Below, in pieces: positions 23,208 to 37,201 of a DNA stretch of 64,000 bases. The stretch lies in the NCBI GenBank assembly GCA_900088475.1, contig FLMG01000727.1:1-64000 (forward strand). Reading direction: 5' to 3'. The notes under the pieces are model-generated. The model had not been told where the DNA came from. It made no database searches and was given only the letters and a program-made list of their open reading frames with translations. Position numbers and translations under genes: made by a program. The stretch's first letter is position 1, and every line of letters starts with the position of its first letter. This stretch comes from Hyphochytrium catenoides. Its lineage: Eukaryota; Protista; Hyphochytriomycota.

Positions 23208-26200
23208 CTATGAGGTACAAGCCCCTTTGCAGTCAAGATTCGACAAAGCGGTCTTTGTGATGCAGTCCACATGTCGTCGAAGCTCAACCTCATCTGGCGA
23301 ATCCCAAAAGCATCCGCGAGGGCCACAACGGCATGTCCCGCCGTACTCCTCAGGCAAAGCATCCGCGTCGATGTGCTGCAGAAGGACCTCCTTGATCTCT
23401 TTTCCCTTCAAGACAAAGGTCTGCCGACCAGTTCAAAAGAAGATGAGAGTCAGCTCCACTTTACTTGCGCAAGACAATAAGTCCTTTAAAGCTTGTACCT
23501 TATCCCGAGTCTTCTGGGAGACCATTGGTGCGCATAACTTCCAGATTATATTGAACCAGCTTGGAGGATTGACGATGAAGATCTAGGCAGCACAAGTCGG
23601 GTTAGATCACAGGGTCAGCGCAGCCATTGTACCCCTAATCGTACCTTTGCACCCCTTTCAGGGTAATTATCGCCGACCAATTGGCCTGCTTTTTTCATGA
23701 AGTTTAGGACCTCGCCCGCTAGGTCGCCCATACTGACTCCATCTATGTCAAGAATTCTTGAGTAGCAACCATGAGGTAAGGGCCGTGGGTCAATCTTTTG
23801 GATCTGGTACTCCATTAGGAAAACGGTGTGATAAAGAATTGCTTCCTCGCTTATGCCCTGGTCCGTAAGAACCTACGAAAAAGACCAATGAGGACGATAA
23901 ATACCAAGGAACCATAGAGAAGCTCACGTCGAGACATTAAGAAGCTTGACTTTGGGCCCAGTCAATAGCAAGATTGCATAGGTAACATAGGAGTCTAGTG
24001 ACCCACCTTAAGAAACTCCCTCATAGTTCCGGACTTATCAATGACCAAGTAGTTCCCATTCTTGTCTCTCTTGTGCACAGCATGGGGCCAGGCCTCCTTG
24101 ATCTACAAAGTAAGAGAAGGCAAAGGGAGGGGTCTGTGGACGGCAGGCGGGGTTTGAATCTGGCGGACGGACGTACCGCATAAAAGTGTGGTTGTGGCAT
24201 CTGTAAGACGTTGTCTATATTCCTGGCTTTCCTCCAGGCTAGAGTCTTCTGGTACCTTCTCTTTGCCTCTCTGATGCCTCCCTGATCACGGGTACCTTCA
24301 ATGAACCTGTGGATAGAGCTTCTCAGCTACCTGACAGGTCTTTAAAGAGGACAAAGTAGTATCTTACCTCTCGTCTACATCCTCGTCCCTCATTTCATCG
24401 CCATCAGCAGCTTCAACCACCCTCACTTTGACCAATTCAAGCTGCCAGTCTCTTTTCTTTCGCGGAGAGCGATATGAGTGGATGGCCATCACCAACTCTA
24501 GCAAGCACAGCGTCGGTATTAGCCGGATCAGAAGCAAGACCGAACAAAATCTAGTGAAGGATCGCTCACCCCGAATACTTCTAGACAAGTAGACCAGACC
24601 CGAGATCCATAGCACTATGAGCACAAAGAACTGCATGCCCGAGATAGAGAAGTAAAATGTAGATAATAGTAAAAGGAGAAATCCAGTGCTAAGCTCGGTC
24701 TTGAAATTTGACATTGAGGGCACGCCAGTGCTGACAAGCCTGCCGGCTAAAGCGTTGACGGTAATGACTAGCTTCAGCCCAGTGTACTCGCGCTACAAAG
24801 CAGGAGGTATAAGCGGGGGCGATCCCGACACGGACTTGACCAATGAAAAGGCCATGATAACATAGTAAGAGATAAGCAAGTCTACAGAGGAGACCTCAGA
24901 GGGTGAGCTTGGGGCTCATAAGGAAGAGGGTGGTAGGAGAGTAGGTGGTTGGAAGTCAGAATTGCTCGAAGAGACATTAGATGGGCGGTACGCTACCTTA
25001 TTCGCATAAACCCCGGCCTCCACAGCAAAGTCTTTGCCGTTCCGGTTCTCATCCAGAAGGTCATACTCTATTCGAGCTACCGCTGTCCCTCTAAAACTGG
25101 CGAGATATATACGAATTTCTGACGACCCTTCGAGCAGCTGGACGTGAAACTTCTCTCCTATAAACTCATGCAAGGAGGAAGCTACCACTCGCTCTAAAGG
25201 AGGATCCAGGGAGATATCTACTTCAGAGAGTGCCACCAGGGAGATGTCCTGATCCGTAGGACCCCAGATCAATTGGTTCATTGCAGCAATGTATTTGCTC
25301 CTTGTCTCCATTATTCGATCGAATAATTCGACAGCATCTTCCGCCGTAGGAGCCCGCAGCCGGTTCACCCTATCATGAATCGATGCATATGAATACCATC
25401 AATACCACCAAGAGATACAATGAAGCAGTGATCAAAGCGATTCGACCGAATAATAAGAGATTGCACAGCCTAACGGCATAGTCCGATAGACAAAATAAAC
25501 GGGGAGGAGATAGCTGACCTGCCGTCAAAACGAAATATGGTGATAACCCTTGGGAACTCCTTGTCTATCTCCACCTCCACCATGTCCATGAGGTTGAGAA
25601 TGAACTTATTCTCGCCCAGCTCAGACTTGGCGGATGGTTTGAAGAGGAAGAGATCCATATGTGTGAGGAAATAAACACGGTCTTTCCATAAAGCTACGTG
25701 AGGCAGCATCGTTAGAACGGGCTTAGAGAACTGTCATGGACTGAGTCTTCGGGGTGATATCTGCGACTCCTTTTGCATACACCTACAGCTAACAACTAGG
25801 AGACATTTCTGTCCTCACCCCTTTCATCTGGCATCCCTACTCTCTCTCAGTACAATGTCTATCTCTGGGGATTGTCCCACTACGACGCTATTACCTGTGT
25901 TCGCGTTCAGTGTGTGTGAGACCAAAGCTCTATTTGCGAGACCAAAAGTCCCAATATGAACAACAGAATCCGCAATCGTAGCCTGCCACTCGATCGAGCC
26001 TGTCGCAATGACGCCCTTCAGCGCTGTTGATTCTTCGCCAAGCTGGTGATGGTTCAATGGCTAGACGGAAGATAAGGTAGCGTTATGATCCTCTCATTAT
26101 AAAGAATCCACGCAAGTCTCACCGGCGACGTTGTCAAAAGAGACTTGACACAACTGTCACAAACGCGAACCTCAGTCTTGAAACCAAATTTCCTAATCGT

Positions 26201-26790
26201 CGAGAGCACTGTTGGCCTCTCAAGCAGCAATCCGGAGAGGAGCTTTGGCGATAAAGAAAGGTACTTACGGTAACATAATAAAGTTTGAGCCGTGTGATAG
26301 GCATATGGATGCTCCACAGTTGCGACAATGATGCTAGGAAAAGAGAAGTGAAAGCTCAGCGCCTCGGAGACCTGATAAAGCAATGGAGAAAAGCAAAATG
26401 AGTGGGACCTACACGAAGCCATAGCCTCTGAAGATGTGTGTTGCAGATTTTGCAGTAGTCACTATCGGACATTGGGGGCGGCTTCAAGAACTTTCCACTT
26501 GAAGGCCCAAGTGGTCCAGAGTTTTGAGGCGGTTCTGATTCACGGTCTGATTCACGCTCCGAGCTGCTGTCCTTTAGACGCTTCAGGTTCCGAAAGAAGC
26601 CGCGCATCTCTTCTTGTAAGTTGGGTGCCTCCATGAATCTCTTGGCCTTCTCGAAGCGTGTCTCGGAAAGGCGTGATGAATCCGAAGACCGTCGGCTCGT
26701 CGATCTTCTGAAAAGCGAGACACCCAGGCTGTGGCTTTGCCCTGAGGCCGGCATCCCGTCCAGGGCAGCTGCTGGTGCTTCTGCGGCCAT
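23208..26790 (-). CDS. FYVE + PH-like + transmembrane + CRAL-TRIO (Sec14) lipid-transfer protein; multi-exon
   Basis: FYVE: DYCKIC...R|HHCRNCGASICLSH...VRVCDSC. PH-like: WKDRVYFLTHMDLFLFK...LNLMDMVEV...RLRAPTAEDAVELFDRI. Hydrophobic segment: GFLLLLLSTFYFSISGMQFFVLIVLWISGLVYL. CRAL-TRIO: RRYQKTLAWRK..., HKRDKNG, ILDIDGVSM, NYPERGAK|IFIVNPPSWFNIIWKLCAPMVSQKTRDK, IDADALPEEYGGTCRC. Confidence 0.82.
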
Positions 26791-27796
26791 AGTCTTGGCG
26801 ACAAAAGTGTGGGTCACAGAAGAACCTTCAGCAGCTACAACGGCAATCTATGCTCTGACATGCGGGTGCGTTCTCCTTATTCTGCGCCTGATGAAGCTCT
26901 CTGCTCTCACCGGCAAGCAATCAACGCTCGGCTGACCAAGGGTCGCAGAAGTTATAAGTCTCCTTATAGAGATTCTTACGTGCACGATACAGTCACGGAT
27001 CACTGTGCCGCTGGCTGATAAGAAAGACAGTCTTCCACTTTACTCTCCACGCCGAACTCGTGACTCCCAACCCCCGCACGCTTCCCCCAAAAAGAACACG
27101 GTAACAGAGCAATAGCAAGACCCGAGAATAGTACCTAACTACTTATTTAGCACTTTCGGGAGAGGTAATACGTAGATTGGGGCAAAAGAAGCAGACAGGA
27201 GGAGCCTCCCTAAAACAAAGCACCGTTATCTTAGAGTTTTGCATGCAGCTGATTCCATATTTTCGTCTGTGTAGCTTAGCCTAGAGTAACCCTCCAGAAG
27301 TGGTGTGGCAGCTGAGCGGGCTGTGTTGAGTGATGTGAAAGGATTTGATGGATGATAAGAAAGGCTGCGGATGGCAGATGGCGCTTGGAAGCACAAGCCT
27401 CGAGAAGAAGAGGGCAAGCTTCTCACTCACTTAAGCCAGCTACGAGCCCAGCATGCGGAGAGAGGGATGGCAGAGGCTGTTCAGCTGTGAACTGTAGGTG
27501 ACAGGAAAGCCCCAGACCTCGTCCTGTGGGCATATAATAGTTCTTGCTGGGTCTTTAGGACATAACATCAAGAACCTGTCTCCCTTGCTGGACTGGAAAG
27601 CTCGCCACAGCCAGCGTCTGCGTGTCTAAGCTTCGCATGGCTAGTCTATAGCTTTCAGGCTATCCCTTCAGGCATTTCGTCTTCTGAGTTGAATCCTCAC
27701 CCCGACAAGGGCTTGCTACTGTGCATCACCCGAAGTGCACCCCTGAACCCTGCCCAAGTGCGCAAGAATCTGACGTCTTCTGTCCAAGAGGAGGAG

Positions 27797-30700
27797 ATGG
27801 CGCTTCCACCCTCACTTGATGTTGGAGTCTATAACCGTATAGTTGCTGCGGTCGAGGTGATGCAGTCCCCGCTAACTCTAGAAAATGAACGACGGGCAGC
27901 ATACGAGGTATATTACTCTAGTGCGAGTTCTTTTGCGGCAGAACCAGCTAAAGACCTCCCTACCCACAACAGGAATTTGAAGCGTTTAAGCGACGAGGCG
28001 ACAGCGCTCAGTACGCGCTCTGGATCTTGACGTCAGCAGGTTCTATATGGCACTATTGTGATTGTTGTTGACTGCACTCTGACTTCGTTCCGTTGCTGGG
28101 GAGTAGACAAACGTGATGCCATCCGCCACTTTGCCCTCCTGGTGTTAGAGGAGCAGCTTAATCAGCGTTGGCGGAACTCCTCTCAGGAACAACACACCTC
28201 CATGCGCCTACAGCTGTTGGAGCTATTCTCCCAAAGCAGCAAGCCTATGCTGGAGGAGAAGCAGTTTATCAAAGAGAAGCTGGTAAAGCTCATTAGTAAT
28301 GTAGCTGAAAGAGAATATCCACAGCACTGGCCTAGCTTTTTTCAAGACATGGGCCGCATATGGACGATGGGAGATACGCAGGCAGAGCTCGTGACTATGG
28401 TACTAAGAAAGTCCTAGTTACCCCCCTCAGTGCTTATTGCTTTTCCATCTCACTGCATGTTTGCTTTTGTCTAAGACGACTTTATTAACTCTAGCTAACT
28501 TTGGGTCTTAGGTTTTTCGGGACATCGCCCAAGACTGTATGTGCAACGAGTTTGCCGCAAATCTGCCGGCTGACCGTCGAAAGGATATTCTGAATGTAGG
28601 GTAGCGTCTGATGGTGCCACTTTGTTCTCCATGACTGACAAACTTCTTGCTCACATTGCACTTCGTTCATTCTTTCCGGTGGTGCTTATGAAGCGGGTTC
28701 TTGACTCTCAGACATCACCATCTAACTGCTCTTGGTCAATAACGTTAATCACATCCAGCTCAACTTCGTGTTTTCCCTCTCACTCTTGCGCAGGCGATGA
28801 ATACGTTTCTCCCGGAATTTCTACCAGGAGTGTATTCCTATTTGCAGTCCCAACACCAGATGTATACCTCAGTCCTCCACTCACCGACTCAGCGCAGCCG
28901 AGATGACTTTCAGAAAAGGTAAACGTGAACTTGGTCTCTCCTCATTCGGGTTCTGGCCGAGAGTGTCTGACACTCCCCCTATAGGTTGCTGTTGATCCGC
29001 GCGATTCTAAGAATGATAGCTGAGTTTGCTGAGTGGGCACCAATAAACCTTCTGTGCGGGTCGGAGATAAACTTTGTGAGGCTCTTCACTATTTTTCTTC
29101 CCGATCCGCATCTTCGTATGGGTAAGACGGACCCTACAGCCACTCCTTCTGCTTCTCTCTTGTTTATTCAGATTCGTGTCTTCCACCTTTCTCTTCACTA
29201 TGATCAAGACCTACTTTTTGTCCTCCTCCTCTGATCGATGCAATATGAGTGTATCCTTTCCTTTCTTTTGCTTCACTAAGACAGTCATGTACTCTTCAGA
29301 GGCTTGTGACTGTCTGCAACGAGTAGCTTCTCGCAGACTAAACACTCTAGACCATCATCCGGTGATTCAAGAGGCCATCCACTCTTTGCTTGTGGTTGCA
29401 CAGAAGGTTCCCCTGGAAGGCTATGAAGATCCAGAGACGCTAACTTTCCACCACAAATATTGTGAGATGTTAGCGCAATGGGGAGAGAAGCATCTAAGTC
29501 AACTTCGCTGCACATCCTCGTCTTCTAACTCTCGAGACGCCGAGTTAGTGTCTAGTTATCTTTCTCTGATGTGTCTCATTCTTCTCCATCCTAGCAGCAG
29601 AGTAGCTGACAGCCAGCTTTCTTTCTGGGCTTCAATCTCTAAAAATGAGGAGCTCTCTTCCTCTTCGGCTCTTGCTCCAATGGTCCCTATTGTGATGTCA
29701 AGGTTGTATGACAAACTGGCCAAGGTCAGGCTGGAAGAAGACTCGCCCTCATCTCTATGTGCTGCGGAAGAGTTCGATGATGTTTACGAGTATCAACAAT
29801 TTTTTGGAACGTTCAAGAGCCGCACAGGGCAGACGTTGAGAGTAATGTGCGCTAAGTGGCCAGTCATCGGCCTTGACCTGGCCCTCTACAAGCTTAAGGA
29901 GGTAATAGCTTCGCATCTGGAGCCTAAGGACGAAGTGACAGCCGAGGGCATAGCTACTCAGGGCTCCAAGGCCGTCCTCGCTCAAGATGCCCTCGCTTAT
30001 TACCTAGATAATCTCCTCCCAGCTGTGCTTGAGGGCAAGCTGGTGAAAGAAAATACCAATTCGTACAGTGCTATCCGGCAAAAGGTCGAGGAGCTTACGA
30101 CTGCCCTACTTGGCGTCAATATCGGTGATCCGGTCCTTCTTCAGCGCTACGTGCAAGCTTTGGCGTCCTTGGTGAAGTTCTACGAGCTAGAACCACGGTA
30201 CCTCACTCCTGCCTTCGAGAGGATCTTCCTATGTGTCTCTTTCGTCCATTCCGCAGATAGGCCGCAGGAAGAGAAAATCCATCAGGAGACGATTAGTTTG
30301 CGTCGGCGGGCTGCCGCCACTCTGGTGCGGTTGAGCAAGGCTGCACCCCAGCTTATGCTTCACTGTGTGCCAGATGTTGGAAATCGCATTCTGTCCCTCA
30401 TCCAGGACGGCGATAGAGTGAAACTTGCGGAAAATGAGAGAGTGACACTTTTGGAGATGCTTGTCGTTATTAGCAACTCATTCCCGCAGCAGGAACAGCA
30501 AGTTGCCTTTCTTGATGACATACTCAGGGACACCATTCAAGAATGGGCTGGAGAGAGCATGAGACAAAACGTCGCAGACCCACAACGCCTTGTCGCAGCT
30601 CTTGGCAATTTTCGGTTTTCTACTCTGGCGGTTGAGCCCTTAGAGTTTCGAGGCGGTGCCTTGTTAAGTCGGGTGCATCATATTGGGAGACGAGTGCAGC

Positions 30701-32887
30701 CTTCCGCACATACCGCTCATCACATCTTCAGACGGTAAGCTATTATGCTCAAAGCAGGCTAGGCCAGAAAAGCACCAGCCCGCTGGGTAGCGGCATAATA
30801 GCCAAGAAAAAGTAGGCAGGATGAGTGATGGTTGGATAAATGAGTGGTGACATGGAGAGAAGGAGTAGCAGGTACAAAGGATGATGCTTAGTAAACAAGA
30901 GTCGTGACGGTTTTATGATGAACAGTTGTGAGTGGCTCTGTTGTCTAATCTCTCCCCCTTCAGCTATTGGCCAACCATCTTGCCGAACGCACTATTGCTA
31001 ATCGGCACTCTTCACCAGCTCTGGAAACCAGATATCCGGCCCTCCCTCTTAGCCCTTGAAAGCGCACGGTGGTTGATGTTCCTGTCAGACGATGAGTTGG
31101 CTCCTCTGCTGGAAGGCAGAGAGCAGATCCAGTTGCCTGCAGAGGGGAAGGATCAACGGATTGGATGTGCACGCTGGATGAAGACGTTCAGACTTACTTG
31201 CTACGAAACTCTGGCGCTCGCAGGTAGAGCTCGTTTCGTATAAGCTTTGCTTGTCTTTCAATCGATATGACCATACGAAGGTTGCATAGCGAATGAACCT
31301 ACACGTTATCATCTGTTCGTGGCTTTTCNNCTTTTCATGGAACATCGCCATTTCAAGCAGTTCGTCCACTTTCTGGTGCGCCCGCTTACCTACAACTGCC
31401 CGGATGAGCATCGCATGGCTGTGCTTAAGCCCTTGTTGACTGTTACCTTTAGTCACGCTGCATTAAGACTTGAGTCAGTCTGGTGCGCAAAGATGGTATG
31501 ACACCGCTATCTATTACTTCTGCCTCCCCCTTAATGGCGCTTGACAATCTAGATGCCTTCTGACCTGCACGGAGATTGAGTTCGTTGTCATGTGCCTTTT
31601 ATCTCTCAGAATCCCTCTTGTTTGCAACTATAAGTTACACTCTCTCTGTCGATGCAGCCTGGCGCTGTGATCACTGACGAAAGGCGGGCGGAGCAGCTGC
31701 ATTGGCAATCCATTATCCCCGGCTTAGACCCTGCTCTGGGTGAGGTGGTCCAAGAGGGGATTGTGAGAGATCTTTCCCGGATCATCATGGACTTTCTTCA
31801 CAGCATTCTCGCATTTTTCGTCCCAGAGGGAGACGACAAGGCCGAAACCTCATCGAAGAATTTTCTTCATCTGGAAGCTGTCCGTCACTTCGTTTTGTTT
31901 TCCCAGGAGGAGCTGTCTGGATCCCTCATGATGTTGCTTCTTACCTCATTACGTATTCCAGACACCTACTGCTGTCGTAAGGCGGTTTCAATATGTTCGG
32001 CAATTCTTAGTACTCTTTCCAGCTCTGGGCCTTCGACTCCTCAGTCCAGCAATGTTGGGTTGGGCCAAATTTCATCTTCGCCAGAAGCAGGGAAGCAGAC
32101 GGTAGGGATAGAATGGCTGACGAAGTACCAGTTGGTCTTCGCCCGGGATGTTCTAAGCACCGCGGTGCGACTCTTGCTGGCAGGTGAGGCATAGAGAGTG
32201 AGTCAAGCTTCTTAAGAGTGGAGGTGTGGTTCATTCTATCGAATGGAAAGCTAACTGTCGCTCTTTCCTTACCCTCTTCCAATATGTTCTTGTGTCTTCC
32301 TCTATGTACCTCTCTTTCCTAAGGTTCTTTGGCACACTATCTTTCCTATTCTCTTAATGGCTGCTACTACTTCTGTTCTTCCTAACAATGACTATGACGA
32401 CCCTAATGACGCAGACGACCTTCCTCATGTCGAGGACTCAAGCTTACAATGGCAGATTGTCACTCTAGTGAAGTCCATCTACTGCCGTTTCAGTCTGGGT
32501 CTGCTGGAAGAAAAAGAGAAAAAAGATGTCAACTCCTCCACACCCAGTTCCCTTCCGCTGAAAAAGGAAGTGGACCCTAGTCGCATCCTATTCCTCTCTC
32601 TGCCTGGAGTGACCGAGGAGGTTTTAGACAAACTGGATAGGCAGCTAAAGGAAGAACATACAGAAAGGGCCCGAAGACTGCTTGTCAAAGATTTTCTTCA
32701 AGATGCCGCAAGTAGGCTTAGGCAAGAGGAGAAGGCGGGAGGTGAGTCCATTTTGAAGAAGAAGAGCTACAAGGTGGACAGCCTTCCACCTTACCTTCGC
32801 TCGAAGAAGGGAACACCTCCATCATCGTCTTCTATATGGCAAGCAGGAGACGTATCCGTAGGGTCCCTCTTTGACACTGCCCACTAG
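27797..32887 (+). CDS. XPO5: Exportin-5 (HASTY/Msn5 family); multi-exon
   Basis: RIVAAVEVMQSP...ERRAAYE|EFEAFK, IRHFALLVLEEQLNQRW, EKQFIKEKLVKLISNVAEREYPQHWP, RRKDILN, EEFDDVYEYQQFF, LRRRAAATLVRLSK, ERVTLLEMLVVISN, MEHRHFKQFVH. These are importin-beta N, Xpo1 and exportin-5 family features. Confidence 0.88.
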
Positions 32888-33275
32888 ATCTCCACCCTAG
32901 CCCCCCCTAGGCCTTCTCTCCTTTCTACTTCTGTTGCTGTCTGTCGGCTTTGGCCCTCTCTATCTCCTTCCAGTCCGCAAGCTGGTCCTTCTAGGCTGCA
33001 CCTTTCTGTCACGATCCATCAACTGAATCTCTAGCTTTGAATACTTTATTTATATAGAGCAGTAATCAATCCTCCACGTTCCCTTCATGACACTTTTTCC
33101 CTTCAAGGATTCTTCTAGACTATCTTTGACTTTAGCCTCGAGTGAAAGGACATCGATCATGTCTCCAGTCCCTGAGCTCTTTCCTGAGATCCTGGAGTTG
33201 TACACCTATCTCCGTTTAGGGTATCGGTACATCGATAGGCCTAAGGGCTCATTGGGTTTTTAGCCCTTTTGCATC

Positions 33276-36200
33276 TCAGGCTACAGGCCTACTGACAAGA
33301 CCTCCACTATAGACAGATATACACCTTGTTCCAGGAAGGTTCTACTCCTGGCGGTCGGGGTTTTGTTCAACCATCTTCTGGGCGCTCTGGTGCAATGCTC
33401 AGACTGAGTAACACGAGCGCAGAGACTCAGATTAGTCGGAAGTCCGTGAGAAGATAAAGAGCGGCGATTGGAAGGACATGGATCTTTCGGCATCTTCTTA
33501 CCTTCTAATGTTCTCGCCTGTTGCGAAGTTCATCTTTTGGGTGTGGACCACCTTTATGCTCATGAGGATTCTCTCCTCCTCTTCCTCGCTTTCTCTCTCT
33601 CCACACATCTCCTCCTCAAGGGAATAAAGCCTAAAATGACTTGGAATTGACACAACCGCAGAGCCAGATGAAGACAGTGAAATTTCTATAGGAACATGGC
33701 GGTTGGCTGCTATAATCCGGACACTAGGGTTCTGGTGAGCTGTGAACACATAGTCCATTTGGAATGATGTGAGCATCAGTGAGGTTCCGCCAGCAGGAAT
33801 GGACTAAAGTAAAAGAAAAATGTCTTAACGAGGACTAACTTATCAGACCTGCTGCTCCCACAAAGGTAATAGTCAGTGACGAAAGAGTAATAAAGGTAAT
33901 AGCCAGTGACGAAAGAGAAAGAGTTAGAGATTGAGTGAACCTACCCAGCAGCGTATGCACCACATCATAAGAGTCTCCTCCACCTGTGGTTCTCGCCGCT
34001 GCTTGTAGAACTGAGCGAACAATGTTCATTTGCTCCTCCCGTTCTGTCGTCACTTCCGCTGCAATCTTTTCTACCGCGTCGAACAATGCCTAGTAAAAGT
34101 CAAGAATAGAAAGAAATCAGCTACGAAGGTGCTCGCAGCATTCCTTTGACGTTGCTGTCTTCTTCTGGGTCCTTTGCCTCCACTCTCTCCTCGTTTCCAC
34201 TTAAACGTCCACAGCGTTATGGTCATTAAAGCAGAGAGGCATGTACGGCCTACCTCTGTCTCTACGTCTCCGCCCTCATAAGGTACGGCGTTGAAAATTA
34301 TTCGCTCTCGAGATAGATCTTTCCTTGTCTGATCCATGCCAGCAAAGACAGCCCTGCGCACGGGAGAGAAAGCGGCTAGATGTGAGGGCAAAGATAGCTG
34401 ATAAATGGGATATAAGAGAATAACAAGATAGGCAATGTCGAGTTCGATGAGCAGGGTGCCGAGACCCAAGAGTAGCCAAGTGGGAAGACCTGCCTAGAAG
34501 GGGAATCCATGATAAGTCAGCAAACATTTTGGTCGGCAGAACGATACCTGGGCAGGACGATTCTATCCAATAGCTTCTGGTGCTTCTCCATGAGAAGCTG
34601 GTACTCTCTTCTCGATGTTGCTGTCATTGCCTGCGGTGGAACAGGATGGGACGGAGAAGGACGAGGAGGCAAAGCCGAACGATAAGAAAAGGCCGAACCA
34701 CGAAAAAGTGACATCATTCAGAGAGACACAGGCCAAAGAAAGGGATTACAATAAGAGCGAAGGTAGGGCAGAACCTTCTTTTGCAACACAGCGAGCTCCT
34801 CTGGGTCCGTGTACCATAGCAGCGGGTGTGTGCCCCGTAAGTAGCCCACGGACCCAATTCTGTCAAGAAGATCTGACGTATCATCGGCTTCTGATGTTTG
34901 ATCTGGCGACGCGAAACAAGAACAGACAGAGGATTAAGATGTACAGAAGCTTGGAAGAAGAGAACGAAAGGAGGAGGTCAGATAGAGTAGACGAGAAACG
35001 ATAGAACTTTGGAATGGTTGTCACTGCCAAAGTTTATGAAATAGAGAGATGCGGTCGTAAAGGAATACTGACTCTGGCCGGATGAGGACGGAAAGGAGAA
35101 GAACTGATGGACCGAGGCACGGCTCAAGCAATCCACCCAGGCAGCCGCCTCCCTCGCGCTGTCTGCGCGCAACACATACGACCTACGACTGCGTAAATGC
35201 GATAAGAAGTTGAGTTGGTTAAACGAGATAGGCTGGCACAGATGTAGGAAAGATAGCGATAAGAGCCCACACAAGTTACGTGGCATGAAGTCTAACACCC
35301 TTTGGATCGGCTCTGTATGCCCTTCGCCTTCATTCTTAAGGAGTAGGACTCCGCTTCTTACCTGTTTGAGTGCACGAGCGCCTTGTTTTTGAACTTGACC
35401 AAGTGAATGGAATGCCGTGCAGTAGGTGTAAGAGAGAAGTCCGACGGAGAAGAGCCAAGACCGAGTCCGGAAGACGAGGAGACTACGATATTGTCCAATA
35501 TAATAGCACCCCTAGGCACACCGTCCTTTCACGGCAGCCAGAGCGTGTCAGATACTCGGTCATCTCAGAATTTCGTTTTGCTACCTTCCCTCTATTCCTG
35601 AGCCATCCTCGTGTAGCCTTCTGATCTTTCCTTGTTTGGCAATGTACAACTATCTTCTCAACATCACCTGTTACCCGGTGGCTGTCTCTGACTGCTCTGT
35701 TAACCTGTGCTGTCTCTTTTTCAGGCAGCTGAATCTTTTCATTCTACTTCGCTCAAACCCTTGTGCAGCTAGTCTCCCAAACTTACCCTCTCTGTCTTAT
35801 AATAGTACAGGCGATGTCCCTTCAACTCAAACCATCGCGGTTGCCACGATGATAGCCCACTTCTTTTTCTTAGCCAGCCTGTCATCGTAGGAGACTAGAG
35901 ATATGATACATAGTGCAAGCCACGAAGAAGTATAGGCGCAAACCAGAAGAAGACGGGTTAGAAGACTGGAAAAGTCATTAACATCTTTGACAAACGAGGA
36001 ACGCAGCGAGTAACAGTCCAACAGCATCAAAGGGAGGACGCATTTCTTCAGCCCGGAAAAGATTGAAGACTGGGACGAAAGATGCTGAGGATAACCGTTC
36101 GAATTGAACGAGTGGAAGACATAGAAGGCGATATATCGACGTTACAAGACATAAACGACGAGCACAGACTCACCCGAACCTCCCCCACATGTGGCACTCC

Positions 36201-37201
36201 GTTGGCTTCTGACTGCATCTCCGCCCAGTGTGTGGAGCTAATGGAAGGACCAGACTTTTGAGAGTCCGCGGACCCTGAAGAGTGAAGCTATCAGCGTCTA
36301 TTGCCTTCATCTAACTTATCTTTTCCTGCTCGGCCAGTGCCAAGCCCACCGGGCCGGATCACCTCTAAGGATTCGAAGCTCAAGACCCTCAGGAGACAGC
36401 TCTGGTCGTTCTCTCTTTCTCTCCTCCCCTATACGGATTTCCCGCTGCTGTTGATCTTACCAGGGGTGTCAGAAGAAGGAGATGCCGGGGCCGGAGTCTC
36501 CACATTAAGACCCTCGTCTACTTCGTACATAGAAGCTCGTTCTCGGAGTCTGGCATGAGAGCCTTTAGTGTTGTCTCGCTCTTTGACTCTCCTTATTGAC
36601 GCAGAGCCGGAATTTTTCCTGGCTGATGCTCTGCCTTCTTCTTCTACTTCTGCGAGATCTCTCTCCTCTGATTCTGGACAGAGACTATCTAGGTCGTCAT
36701 CACTGCCAAGTAAACGATTAGAACTCACTAGCTGTATCGCAGGTAGGGAGACGACCACGACTATTGATTATCGGCTTCCTCTTTGTCATCCTTCCAACTG
36801 CGAGGTCCGACACCTCTCTTCTCCTGCCTCTGCGGGAAGACTCCTTCTCCCTGTTACCCTGTGTCTCAATCCAGCTGTTCACACTGTCTGCCTGTGTCTC
36901 TTCAGCTTCTCTTTTCAACCATCGCTTCTACTTATTTCACTATGGTCTTACCTTGAATCCAGGCTGGGAGCATTGATGCCAAGCTGCGAAGCCAATCCTT
37001 TGTCCAAATCATGGGCAAACTTGAGCTAGACGAGTGAATTATGTAAACAATAAGGCTTGACCGCAGATACACTTGTGACACTGCCCTCCATGCCCCCACT
37101 TTTGACTCCTCTATCCTCTGGCTTGCTCATCCCCATCCGCTTTTTTATTTGCCTCTTATCTCGGGCGCGGTACTCACATGTTCATGCGTCAACTCTCCCA
37201 T
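33276..37201 (-). CDS. PH-domain-containing protein with uncharacterised C-terminal domain; multi-exon
   Basis: The exon near 35790-35895 reads SPTMTGWLRKRSGLSSWQPRWFELKGHRLYYYKTER, and a later exon reads RRSYVLRADSAREAAAWVDCLSRA (PH domain). C-terminal exons give DQTRKDLSRERIIFN and AAARTTGGGDSYDVV. Both ends are approximate. Confidence 0.72.
33862..33917. repeat. 30-bp-period tandem duplication (intronic)
   Basis: AAAGGTAATAG(T/C)CAGTGACGAAAGAG at 33862 and 33892. Confidence 0.9.
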
